DNA of 39,569 nt from an uncultured Lachnospiraceae bacterium (GTDB taxonomy: Bacteria > Bacillota > Clostridia > Lachnospirales > Lachnospiraceae), in assembly GCA_902803645.1 (NCBI GenBank), contig CADCQT010000027.1, forward strand, positions 1-39,569. Reading direction: 5' to 3'. The notes below the pieces were generated by a model, which was not told the DNA's origin, did no database searches, and saw only the letters and a program-made list of their open reading frames with translations. Shown piece by piece: positions 17,366-26,084 of the stretch (the first letter of the stretch is position 1; every line of letters begins with the position of its first letter). Position numbers and translations under genes: made by a program.

Positions 17366-19459
17366 TTACATGTTTTCCAGGATCCTTGCCCGCTCTTCCA
17401 TGATCTGCTGAAGCAGGACCGCCGTCGCTCCATTCCCGGTGGCATCGGGATGATACTTTTTCACCAGGCTGTGATACTCCCTCTTAAGAACAGACAGATC
17501 GCACCTGGCCGCCTCGGAAAACCAGCTCTTTTTCCTCTCTTCCACAAAGGACTCTCCCGCCGCCCGGTAGGCTGCCCTCTCCTTCCTTTGCTTCTCCTGT
17601 CTTGCCTTTTCTCTGGCCTTCTCCTCTTCGGCTCGTTGTCTCTCTTTTTCTACCCGTTCTGCCTCTCTTGGATTGATAAACACATCCCCCTCAAAGGAGG
17701 TATCTTCCTCCTCTTCTCCCTGCCATACCATCTTCTGATTCACGAAATCAATATGGGGCAACGAGGTAGTAACATCCTCCGGAAGAAGGAAGTAAAGGCT
17801 CCTGTAATTTGCCACCCGCCAGGAGATGGCCGTCCGGGTGAAGGTGGAAAACAGCAACTGTTCATCCTGATAGAGCCTTAAAATGTAATTGGTCAGAGGC
17901 TGATCCGACTCTCTTAGGATCTTCTCCTGCATCCTTGCTTCTGCCGTCGCAGCACCAAGAAGACTCTGCAATTCCCGGGAGATCTCAGCCTTCATCTCTA
18001 AAAGCTCACTCCGCCGCTTTTCACAACAGTCCATCTCCTCTCGAAGATCAAGGATCTGCCTCTCAAACTGCCGAACCTCTCCAAGCCTTCCCTCATGAAA
18101 GGCCTTTTGCTTTTCTCCAGAACAAAACTTTAGCTTCTCTCTGGCTTTGTAGCACCGCCTGCCGGCAATATCGATAAAATTGTCGATCCGCCTGATCGAA
18201 CGAAGAAGGGGTCTGGCCTCCCTCTTGGTATAGGCCAAGACCAGCTGCAGGATCTTGGGATCCTGATAGATCTGCACTGCAACAAAAAAATAATTGTAGG
18301 CGCAGTCGATAAGCTTTCTGCCCCGGATCGGTCCCTCTCCCTCACCCCAGTCCTTCTGGGAAAGCAGCCGGATCAAAAGATCCTTATTCCGAAGTATCAG
18401 AGCATAGTGAAGACAGGTAAACCCCAGATCATCCCGAAGATCTAACAGACCACAGGGTGGGAGATTTCCCGTCAGCATAGCTTCAAAGGCCCCGCCCATC
18501 TTATCCTTGGAATATTTGGCACGAAATCCCGCGATCTGCCACAACCTTTTGGGTCCAAGGCTTTTCTTGATTGCCCGGTACATAGGTTCAAAAAGCCCCG
18601 GATCATCCATTCGAACGCACAGAAGGCACAGGATCACCGCTTCATGAAGAGACAGTTCCATTTTACGGAGAAGATTGCCGTAGGGCTTTACCAGACTCTT
18701 CGTCAGTTGTAGAGCCAGCACTCCGGACAGATCCTGTACATAGGACTCATAAAAAAGGCCGTCCGGATCCCCAAGGCTATGGAGGAGCTTTTTATGGACC
18801 ACTCCATCCAGGGTGGATAAAAAGCTTTGGTATTTCCTCTCATCCATATCCCGGTAGATATCCTCTGCCAGGAGCAAAACAGCCGAGTCAGTAAAAGCCG
18901 CATCTCTTCCAATGATCTTAAGGAGCCGATGCTGCTTCTCCGTCAGCCTCCCCCTCTCCTTCAGAGATTTTCTCACATGGGAAGTAGCCCAGGCGAGGGT
19001 ATACTCGTACTGTTTCCTCTCACTCTGATCCGACATCATCATATGCTGTTGCAGACCGGTTAAAAGCTCTACAAGTTCCGAGCCCGTAGTATCTGCCGGA
19101 GCCACCGTATATCCGAAGATCTGATACTTTGCATCCTTGGACAGCAGGCTAACGCCTTCTTGGGAACTCTCCTGAAAAATAATATACTGGCAGATGGTGG
19201 AAAGCGGGATCCGGTTCCCCTCTCCCCAGTTCTGATGGGTGGGATGAAAATAGATGGCCCGGTCCGTAATAACGGTGCCGTTTCCCTCCATCTCGATCAA
19301 AGAACACGCCGAGCGATAGGCATAGACCACCATCGTCTCATCCTCCGGGATATGATAATCCCGGTAATAACGTCCCACCGACGACAAATTTTTTAAATCG
19401 AATTTTAAATTCCTACAACGGCCCTTACCCGCCATAAGAATAGACTCATATCCTGTCAT
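17366..19459 (-). CDS. Uncharacterised 697-aa protein with ankyrin-like repeat, coiled coil and C-terminal minimal J-domain
   Basis: DDLGFTCLHYALILRNKDLLIRLL (ankyrin-like); LKREYHSLVKKYHPD..LLQQIMEE (J-domain helix II-HPD-helix III); ATG at 19459 after GGGGAG. Confidence 0.75.
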   Translation of the reverse strand: MTGYESILMAGKGRCRNLKFDLKNLSSVGRYYRDYHIPEDETMVVYAYRSACSLIEMEGNGTVITDRAIYFHPTHQNWGEGNRIPLSTICQYIIFQESSQEGVSLLSKDAKYQIFGYTVAPADTTGSELVELLTGLQQHMMMSDQSERKQYEYTLAWATSHVRKSLKERGRLTEKQHRLLKIIGRDAAFTDSAVLLLAEDIYRDMDERKYQSFLSTLDGVVHKKLLHSLGDPDGLFYESYVQDLSGVLALQLTKSLVKPYGNLLRKMELSLHEAVILCLLCVRMDDPGLFEPMYRAIKKSLGPKRLWQIAGFRAKYSKDKMGGAFEAMLTGNLPPCGLLDLRDDLGFTCLHYALILRNKDLLIRLLSQKDWGEGEGPIRGRKLIDCAYNYFFVAVQIYQDPKILQLVLAYTKREARPLLRSIRRIDNFIDIAGRRCYKAREKLKFCSGEKQKAFHEGRLGEVRQFERQILDLREEMDCCEKRRSELLEMKAEISRELQSLLGAATAEARMQEKILRESDQPLTNYILRLYQDEQLLFSTFTRTAISWRVANYRSLYFLLPEDVTTSLPHIDFVNQKMVWQGEEEEDTSFEGDVFINPREAERVEKERQRAEEEKAREKARQEKQRKERAAYRAAGESFVEERKKSWFSEAARCDLSVLKREYHSLVKKYHPDATGNGATAVLLQQIMEERARILENM

Positions 19460-19482
19460 AAACACTCCCCTGATCCAAAGGA

Positions 19483-20211
19483 TCAAACTCTATGGATCTT
19501 CAACGTTCCAAAGGAAACCGAACCAATAAATTCACAACGGATCCCATTCTCCGGTACCACTTCGCGATCGTACTCCACCTTACACTCGCCAAAGGAACTA
19601 CGGATATGATTGATGATCTTCCACTCTCTTGGAACATAGACATGCATTTCTCCAAAAGAAGCCTGGCAATAGATTCTGACCGTATCCCCTTCCACGATAA
19701 CATGATCAAAGATTACAGACAATTCTCCGAACTGGGACTGTAGCTGTACCTGCCGCAGACAGTCACTATTGACATATTGAGTCGCCGATCCAAACTTCAG
19801 CCTATGATAGATCATCCCCTTTTCATCCTCTGAGGACTCAGAGGTGAACATACCCCCTCTCCCCGGGAAAACATGCCCGGAAAAACTCCACCTGGGAAAA
19901 AGTCGATCAAAGGCGATTGTAAGCAAAAGCGCCACCACAAGCACAGTCCAGGGAGTCAGCGCCGTAATTCCCAACGGCTTATCAAACAAAATACAAAGAA
20001 TGGCTGCCGGGAAAAAGATCCCACCAAAACTTAGATCCACAATGCTCCTTACCATAACAAACAGCATAAGCATCGCCAGGACCAGGGTCCAGGCACTGAC
20101 TCCCCGGATAAAACTGGGGACATAGATCAGCTCCATCTTCCAGATTACCAGCAGAACCGCCACTGCGATCAACAGCAAGGACGATAATACATTACGGTTT
20201 CTTTCCCTCAT
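19483..20211 (-). CDS. LiaF-like membrane protein (about 4 N-terminal TM helices plus DUF2154-like beta C-domain)
   Basis: Hydrophobic N-half; C-terminal repeated (S)FG motifs (KFGS, QFGE, SFGEMHVYVPREW, SFGE, SFGTLKI). Confidence 0.75.
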   Translation of the reverse strand: MRERNRNVLSSLLLIAVAVLLVIWKMELIYVPSFIRGVSAWTLVLAMLMLFVMVRSIVDLSFGGIFFPAAILCILFDKPLGITALTPWTVLVVALLLTIAFDRLFPRWSFSGHVFPGRGGMFTSESSEDEKGMIYHRLKFGSATQYVNSDCLRQVQLQSQFGELSVIFDHVIVEGDTVRIYCQASFGEMHVYVPREWKIINHIRSSFGECKVEYDREVVPENGIRCEFIGSVSFGTLKIHRV

Positions 20212-20246
20212 AAATTTCCCTCCCAAAGGTTTTTGTTCATGACTGT

Positions 20247-20275
20247 ATTATAACGGCGATTCTACAAAAATACAA
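20247..20275 (-). promoter_or_regulatory. Sigma-A promoter of the LiaF-like/J-domain operon
   Basis: TTGTAT-17 bp-TATAAT. Confidence 0.65.
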
Positions 20276-20359
20276 AATATTTACGGCTTTCGATGTGACA
20301 GTGTAAAATGATTCTATTATCTTTATAAGTATGATTCATAAAAATAAACAAAAACATGG

Positions 20360-20405
20360 AAAAACCCCGGTAAAAACGCGAATTCCGCGAAATTACCGGG
20401 GTTTT
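20360..20405 (-). terminator. Terminator hairpin downstream of ssrA
   Basis: AAAACCCCGGTAA...TTACCGGGGTTTT inverted repeat with T runs. Confidence 0.8.
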
Positions 20406-20411
20406 ATGTGA

Positions 20412-20747
20412 TGGACCAGGCGGGAGTCGAACCCGCGTCCAAAAATCCATTCCCTGTTCTTCTACGAGCGTAGTGATTCCTTTGACATTCCCTCCACATT
20501 ACGGGGAAGCACACCCTTAATGCTTTAGTAGCTTCATGATACGTACATCAACTCAAAGCTTTGCCAATGCCGTTTCCTGCATGTTTGAAGCCGGTGACTC
20601 AGCGTGCAGGTGCACTGAGGCGACTGCTGCCCTTAGGCAGCGTATGCTAAATTATCTTCAGCGTTTAAATTTAATTTGTGATTTAACGCATCTCCCTGCG
20701 GCTCGCTTCACCAGCTGCAAGATCCCTGTCGAAACCTTTACTAGCCC
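20412..20747 (-). ncRNA. ssrA: tmRNA (transfer-messenger RNA); tag peptide AEDNLAYAA
   Basis: 5' GGGCTAG pairs with 3' CTGGTCC-A (G3:U70 alanine identity); T-arm GCGGGTTCGACTCCCGC; tag frame GCT GAA GAT AAT TTA GCA TAC GCT GCC TAA at 20662..20633; near smpB. Confidence 0.97.
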
Positions 20748-20764
20748 GCAAAACACTAGTTATC

Positions 20765-20793
20765 ATGATACCACAGAAGTTGTTTTACTTCAA
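20765..20793 (-). promoter_or_regulatory. Sigma-A promoter of ssrA
   Basis: TTGAAG-17 bp-TATCAT with extended TG. Confidence 0.7.
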
Positions 20794-20813
20794 GTTGTTC
20801 CTTTCGAATAGAT

Positions 20814-20842
20814 AAAAACACCGGTTCCTAAGAGCCGGTGTT
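20814..20842 (-). terminator. Intrinsic terminator after the small membrane ORF
   Basis: AACACCGG-N-CCGGTGTT followed by TTT. Confidence 0.75.
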
Positions 20843-20882
20843 CCCATCACTTTATATTCTATTCGCAAATACCTGCCATCAC

Positions 20883-21128
20883 CTACTTCGGTCCGATGAA
20901 GTTCTGCATACTACGCACTCTTGCCTCTGTATCCAGCATCTCTTTGTGCTCCTTCTGCTGATCCATCTCAGCAGGAGAATAAGCAACATAGGAATCGCTG
21001 CTCTGCCTTTCCGGGCGATTGCCCCTCAGCTGCCTCTTGTAATCCACATCGGAAAGTACCTTCTTAACAACCGGAAACAAAATCACCACCAGAAACAAAA
21101 CAACCAACAGGATCTTAACACCCGTCAT
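20883..21128 (-). CDS. Small hypothetical single-pass membrane protein (81 aa)
   Basis: MTGVKILLVVLFLVVILFPVVKK TM segment; purine-rich RBS GGGAGAGA; own promoter and terminator. Confidence 0.65.
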   Translation of the reverse strand: MTGVKILLVVLFLVVILFPVVKKVLSDVDYKRQLRGNRPERQSSDSYVAYSPAEMDQQKEHKEMLDTEARVRSMQNFIGPK

Positions 21129-21170
21129 AGAATCTCTCCCTTCTCCATAAGCAATCCTCACTTCACCTTC

Positions 21171-21198
21171 ATTATATTCTTTTAACACCAAAAAGCAA
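21171..21198 (-). promoter_or_regulatory. Putative promoter of the small membrane ORF
   Basis: TTGCTT-16 bp-TATAAT. Confidence 0.5.
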
Positions 21199-21215
21199 GA
21201 TAGGAGAATATAATA

Positions 21216-21689
21216 TCAGACCCTAAGCCGAACCTTAAAGTCACGTTCTGCTTCCCTCATCTGATCCCGTTTGGCAATATCCGCTCTCTTATCGTAGAGC
21301 TTCTTACCACGGGCAAGGGCGATCTCAATCTTCACCCTGCTATCCTTAAAGTAAGCCTCCACAGGGACAATGGTATAACCCTTCTCCTTCATCTTCTGCT
21401 CAAGCTTTCGGATCTCAGTCTTATGCAAGAGAAGCTTTCTCGGACGGAGGGGATCCTTATTCATAATATTGCCCTTCTCATAAGGTGCAATATGCATCTG
21501 ATAGATCCAGATCTCACCATTCTGGATTCTGACCCAGGCCTCCTTCAGGGAGCAACCCCCGGCCCGAAGAGACTTCACCTCGGTTCCCACCAGTGCGATC
21601 CCTGCCTCATAATATTCATCAAGAAAATAGTCGTGACGAGCCTTTTTATTGCTGGCAATAATCTTGCGGGGCTCTTTGTTCTTACCCAT
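21216..21689 (-). CDS. smpB: SsrA-binding protein SmpB
   Basis: [23 protein letters not shown] and GKKLYDKR motifs. Confidence 0.98.
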   Translation of the reverse strand: MGKNKEPRKIIASNKKARHDYFLDEYYEAGIALVGTEVKSLRAGGCSLKEAWVRIQNGEIWIYQMHIAPYEKGNIMNKDPLRPRKLLLHKTEIRKLEQKMKEKGYTIVPVEAYFKDSRVKIEIALARGKKLYDKRADIAKRDQMREAERDFKVRLRV

Positions 21690-21702
21690 AACTGCCTCCT
21701 AC

Positions 21703-24234
21703 TTATCTCTTCTTTGGACGTCGTCCGTTCTTTTTGTTCCAGCCACGGCCTGCACCAAGGGATTTAGGGAAGGATGTTCTGTTTTTCGGATAGGCATCCT
21801 GTCCCTTCTTCCCTTTGAAGCCCGGCTTTTTATCCCTGTTCTTTTTACCGAGAGGACGACGGAACTTCTCTAATGTATCCTGCTCCGGGTGATTCCCTAC
21901 ACCGCCACCCATGCCGTCATCCACCAGAAGAAAATCAATGGTCCTCGTCATGGTATCCGCCGCCACAAGACGCACCTTAAGAGGCATACCAAGGCGGTAA
22001 TGACGATTAAAGTTCTGGCCCACCAACTCATAGGACTCCTCCACGAAATCATAGAAATCATCCTGCATGGTGCGCACCGGAATCATACCTTCCACGGAGT
22101 TGGGGAGGGCAACATACAATCCCCAGCCGGTCACACCGGAGATCTTGCCTTCAAACTCCTCACCGATATGAGCCGTCATGTACTCCACTTTCTTAAGCTT
22201 TGTCACATCCCGCTCTGCACTTTCTGCCCGGCGCTCCAGCTTGGAAGTGCGATCTGCCACAGACTCTAAGAGCTCGTCGTAGTGATCCTTTCTCTTTTTC
22301 GTCAGTTTTTTCTTAAGGTTCTCCTTAAGAATACGATGGATCTGAAGATCCGGATAGCGACGGATAGGAGAGGTAAAATGGCAGTAGTATCCGGCCGCCA
22401 GGCCAAAATGCCCGCTGCATTCTGTGGTGTACTTGGCCTGCTGCATACTGCGAAGGGTCAGGGTCTGGATCAACTCTTCCTCCGGAGCACCCTCCACACG
22501 GGATAAAAGCTTCTGCAGTTCCTTCGGATGGATCTGACTTAAGTTGCCCTTCAAGGAATAACCGAATCCCCCCACAAAGGCAGCCAGATTCTCCAGCTTA
22601 TCACCCTTAGGGAAATCATGGGTACGGTATAAGAAGGGAAGCTTTTGATCAAAGGCAAACCGGGCCACAGTCTCATTGGCAGCCAACATAAAGTCCTCAA
22701 TGATCCTCTGAGAAATTCCCCGGATGTAAGGATGAATGTTCACCGGCTTGCCTTCCTCGTTAAGTTCCACTACAGTCTCCGGAAAATCAAAATCAATGGA
22801 GCCTCTTACATTCCTTCGTCCGTGAAGGATATAGGCCAGCTCTTCCATGTCCTCAAACATGGGAACAAGCTCCCGGTACTCTTCCATAGTATCCGGATCA
22901 TGTTCCTCAAGGATCTTATTCACTGCAGTATAGGTCATACGGCGGTTGGTTCGGATCACAGACTCACAGATCTCATAATCCACCACAGCACCGCTTCCAT
23001 CGATCTTCATAATACAAGAGAGGGCCAGACGATCCACATTCTCATTCAGAGAACAGATCCCATTGCTTAGAATATGAGGAAGCATAGGAATCACCCGATC
23101 TAAGAGATAAACCGATGTGGATCGCTTCAGTGCCTCCTGATCCAGCCAGGAGCCTTCCCTCACATAGTGGGAGACATCTGCAATATGTACACCAAGGACA
23201 TACAGATCCCCATCTCTTTCCAGAGAGACCGCATCGTCCAGATCCTTACTCTCCTCGCCGTCGATGGTGACCATCATAAGATCCCGCAGATCTTTACGTC
23301 CTCTCCTGTCCTTTCCTTCTACATCCCCCTTGCCGGAGACAGCCTTCGCTTCGTCCAGGACCTCCTGTGGGAACTCCACCGGGATCTCATTGGTCTTAAT
23401 AATCGATAAAATATCAACACCCGGATCATCCTTATGTCCCAGAATCTCGGTAACTTCCCCCTCCGGCTTTCGATTTGCGCTTCCATAATAGGAAAGATGG
23501 CAGACCACCTTGTGTCCGTCCACCGCTCCCATGGTCTTACCCTGGGGAACAAAAATATCCGTCACCAGGTGGCGGTCATCAGGAATCACAAAACCAAAGT
23601 TCTCAGACTTCTCAAAGGTACCTACGATATCCACATAGGCATGCTCTAAAATATCCACGATCCTGGCCTCGGAACGGCGGCCCTCTCCACCTGCAAAAGT
23701 AGGCTCGATACGCACCGTATCCTTATGGAAAGCATGGAGGGTATCCCGCTCCGGAATAAAATAGTCCTGATCCACACCCTCAACGGTAACGAATCCAAAC
23801 CCCTTTGCATTACTTGTAAAAATGCCCTCCAGATAACAGTTCTCCCGTTCACTTTCCGGACGGATCAACTCTTCCTGCTGCTCTTCTTCTACAGCATCGA
23901 TATCATTTGCTTCTTCTACAAGGATCTCTTTTTCTTCTGTGCCCCCATCTGCTGCCGGTACCTGGTCCTTCCTCTTTGGCCTCTCAACAATGTTGATGGG
24001 CTCTTCCTTCTTTTTCTTTGGAACCTTCTTATTCCTCTGATATCTTCCATCGCTACCGCAGATGATCTTCTTCTCTTCTAAGAGCTCTCTTAAGACCCGG
24101 GATAATTCCTTCCTCTGGGCCTTGTTCAGGATCAAAAGGGATGCGATCTCCTTCTCCTTCATGGGCACATACATGCAGTCGCCCATCAGCTCATAGATCA
24201 ATTCTTTTTGTTTCGTTCTTCTCTCTTCTGTCAT
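21703..24234 (-). CDS. rnr: Ribonuclease R
   Basis: Cold-shock domains (KGFGFV), TIDGEESKDLDDA, HFTSPIRRYPDL, S1 domain and basic tail; secG-rnr-smpB synteny; start position uncertain. Confidence 0.95.
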   Translation of the reverse strand: MTEERRTKQKELIYELMGDCMYVPMKEKEIASLLILNKAQRKELSRVLRELLEEKKIICGSDGRYQRNKKVPKKKKEEPINIVERPKRKDQVPAADGGTEEKEILVEEANDIDAVEEEQQEELIRPESERENCYLEGIFTSNAKGFGFVTVEGVDQDYFIPERDTLHAFHKDTVRIEPTFAGGEGRRSEARIVDILEHAYVDIVGTFEKSENFGFVIPDDRHLVTDIFVPQGKTMGAVDGHKVVCHLSYYGSANRKPEGEVTEILGHKDDPGVDILSIIKTNEIPVEFPQEVLDEAKAVSGKGDVEGKDRRGRKDLRDLMMVTIDGEESKDLDDAVSLERDGDLYVLGVHIADVSHYVREGSWLDQEALKRSTSVYLLDRVIPMLPHILSNGICSLNENVDRLALSCIMKIDGSGAVVDYEICESVIRTNRRMTYTAVNKILEEHDPDTMEEYRELVPMFEDMEELAYILHGRRNVRGSIDFDFPETVVELNEEGKPVNIHPYIRGISQRIIEDFMLAANETVARFAFDQKLPFLYRTHDFPKGDKLENLAAFVGGFGYSLKGNLSQIHPKELQKLLSRVEGAPEEELIQTLTLRSMQQAKYTTECSGHFGLAAGYYCHFTSPIRRYPDLQIHRILKENLKKKLTKKRKDHYDELLESVADRTSKLERRAESAERDVTKLKKVEYMTAHIGEEFEGKISGVTGWGLYVALPNSVEGMIPVRTMQDDFYDFVEESYELVGQNFNRHYRLGMPLKVRLVAADTMTRTIDFLLVDDGMGGGVGNHPEQDTLEKFRRPLGKKNRDKKPGFKGKKGQDAYPKNRTSFPKSLGAGRGWNKKNGRRPKKR

Positions 24235-24327
24235 ACATCTCATCTTCCCGGGCCACATGCCCTTTTATTGTCTTTGTGAGAAATCATAACCGCTCCCCTT
24301 AAAGGACGGGGTCTTCTCCCACTGAGA

Positions 24328-24358
24328 TAAAAAAAGGCCATCGCATTGCGATGGCCTC
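24328..24358 (-). terminator. Intrinsic terminator after secG
   Basis: AGGCCATCGCA-A-TGCGATGGCCT followed by a T run. Confidence 0.8.
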
Positions 24359-24368
24359 TGGTATCATC

Positions 24369-24620
24369 TTACTGAAATGAACCGATATTCAAGATTGCTG
24401 AAAGCACAAAGAACAGCACCACAAGAACGGTAGTACCCTTAACAAGCATACCCTCTCTGGAACGCCCTTTATTCTTGCTCCAGTAGCTTTCATTTGTGGA
24501 AGCCTGTCCACCAAGGGAACCAAGGCCTGCATCCTTACCTTCCTGAGAAAGGATAATCACGCTCAACGCTACACATACTACGGTAAAAGCAATCATCAGC
24601 ACAGTCTTTAACATAGTCAT
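24369..24620 (-). CDS. secG: Preprotein translocase subunit SecG
   Basis: Two TM segments, ILSQEGKDAGLGSLGG loop; upstream of rnr. Confidence 0.93.
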   Translation of the reverse strand: MTMLKTVLMIAFTVVCVALSVIILSQEGKDAGLGSLGGQASTNESYWSKNKGRSREGMLVKGTTVLVVLFFVLSAILNIGSFQ

Positions 24621-24665
24621 CAAAACCTCCTAAGTTAGTGTTGCGTCTGTAGCCACAACACAATG

Positions 24666-24694
24666 ATTCTACCACATCTGTGCTTTTATTGCAA
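24666..24694 (-). promoter_or_regulatory. Sigma-A promoter of secG
   Basis: TTGCAA-17 bp-TAGAAT with extended TG. Confidence 0.7.
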
Positions 24695-24701
24695 GAAAGA
24701 A

Positions 24702-26084
24702 TTATTTGTTCTGAAAGTACTCGTCGATACCCTTAGCAGCAGCCTTACCTGCTCCCATAGCAAGAATAACGGTAGCTGCACCGGTCACTGCATCGCCACC
24801 GGCATATACAGCAGCCTTGCTGGTCTCTCCGTCCTTCTCTTCCGCAACGATACATCCACGGCGGTTCACCTCAAGCCCCTCGGTTGTAGAAGAGATCAGA
24901 GGGTTCGGAGATGTACCAAGAGACATAATCACGGTATCACAGTCGATATCGTACTCAGATCCTTCTACCTCTACCGGGCGACGTCTTCCAGACTCATCCG
25001 GCTCACCAAGCTCCATCTTAATGACACGAACACCGGTTACCCAGCCCTTATCATCGGTTAAGATCTCAACCGGATTCTGAAGAAGGTCAAACTGGATGCC
25101 CTCCTCCTTGGCATGATGTACTTCCTCTGCTCTTGCAGGAAGCTCAGCCTCGGAACGACGATATACTACATGAACCTCTGCTCCGAGACGAAGGGCAGTA
25201 CGAGCAGCATCCATAGCAACGTTACCGCCTCCTACAACAACTACCTTCTTACCACGGGAGATCGGTGTATCAGAATCCTCGTAGGCCTTCATAAGGTTGG
25301 ATCTTGTCAGGAACTCATTCGCTGAGAACACACCGTTAGCCTGCTCACCCGGAATTCCCATGAAGCGTGGTAATCCGGCACCGGATCCGATAAATACAGC
25401 CTCGAATCCCTCTTCCTCCATCAGCTCGTCAATGGTGATAGACTTACCGATGATTACATTGGTCTCAAGCTTAACGCCAAGACTCTTTACATTCTCAACC
25501 TCGGCAGCAACCACCTTATCCTTAGGGAGACGGAACTCAGGAATACCATATACCAGCACTCCACCGGCCTTCTGAAGAGCCTCGAAAATGGTCACATCAT
25601 AACCAAGCTTTGCAAGATCTCCGGCACAGGTAAGTCCGGAAGGACCGGAACCGATGACAGCCACCTTGTGTCCATTCTTCTCGGCAGCCGGTGTAGGCTT
25701 AACCCCATTCTCTCTTGCCCAGTCAGCCACGAAACGCTCTAACTTACCGATGGCAACAGCCTCTCCCTTGATTCCGCGGATACACTGACCCTCACACTGG
25801 GTCTCCTGGGGACATACACGTCCACATACTGCAGGCAGGGCAGAGGACTCACTGATGATCTGATAAGCCTTCTCGAAATTACGCTCAGCCACCTCATGAA
25901 TAAAAGCAGGAATATTAATGGATACAGGACATCCGCCAACACACTTGGGGTTCTTACAATTCAGGCAACGGCCTGCCTCTTTTACAGCCTCTTCCTCTGT
26001 ATATCCAAGGCACACTTCCTCAAAATTCGTCGCACGTACCTTAGGCTCCTGCTCACTGATTGGAACTCTTACAAATCCATCCAT
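24702..26084 (-). CDS. nfnB: NfnB/SudA-type flavin-FeS oxidoreductase large subunit (GltD-like)
   Basis: RCLNC..C..GCP, CGRVCPQETQCE, GSGPSG, GGGNVAMD and GGDAVTG motifs; paired with the PyrK-like gene; no gltB in the window. Confidence 0.85.
   Translation of the reverse strand: MDGFVRVPISEQEPKVRATNFEEVCLGYTEEEAVKEAGRCLNCKNPKCVGGCPVSINIPAFIHEVAERNFEKAYQIISESSALPAVCGRVCPQETQCEGQCIRGIKGEAVAIGKLERFVADWARENGVKPTPAAEKNGHKVAVIGSGPSGLTCAGDLAKLGYDVTIFEALQKAGGVLVYGIPEFRLPKDKVVAAEVENVKSLGVKLETNVIIGKSITIDELMEEEGFEAVFIGSGAGLPRFMGIPGEQANGVFSANEFLTRSNLMKAYEDSDTPISRGKKVVVVGGGNVAMDAARTALRLGAEVHVVYRRSEAELPARAEEVHHAKEEGIQFDLLQNPVEILTDDKGWVTGVRVIKMELGEPDESGRRRPVEVEGSEYDIDCDTVIMSLGTSPNPLISSTTEGLEVNRRGCIVAEEKDGETSKAAVYAGGDAVTGAATVILAMGAGKAAAKGIDEYFQNK

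Noticed and set aside
17280-20412. Prophage or integrative element at ssrA
   Set aside because: No integrase, and I could not find a duplicate of the ssrA 3' end at the far boundary; kept only as a possible islet
20262-20811. ORFs 20262-20450 (-) and 20536-20811 (+)
   Set aside because: They overlap the tmRNA gene and its terminator and are spurious
24702-26084. Glutamate synthase assignment
   Set aside because: No large subunit in the window; pairing with the DGTGMCGAC small subunit fits NfnAB/SudAB better
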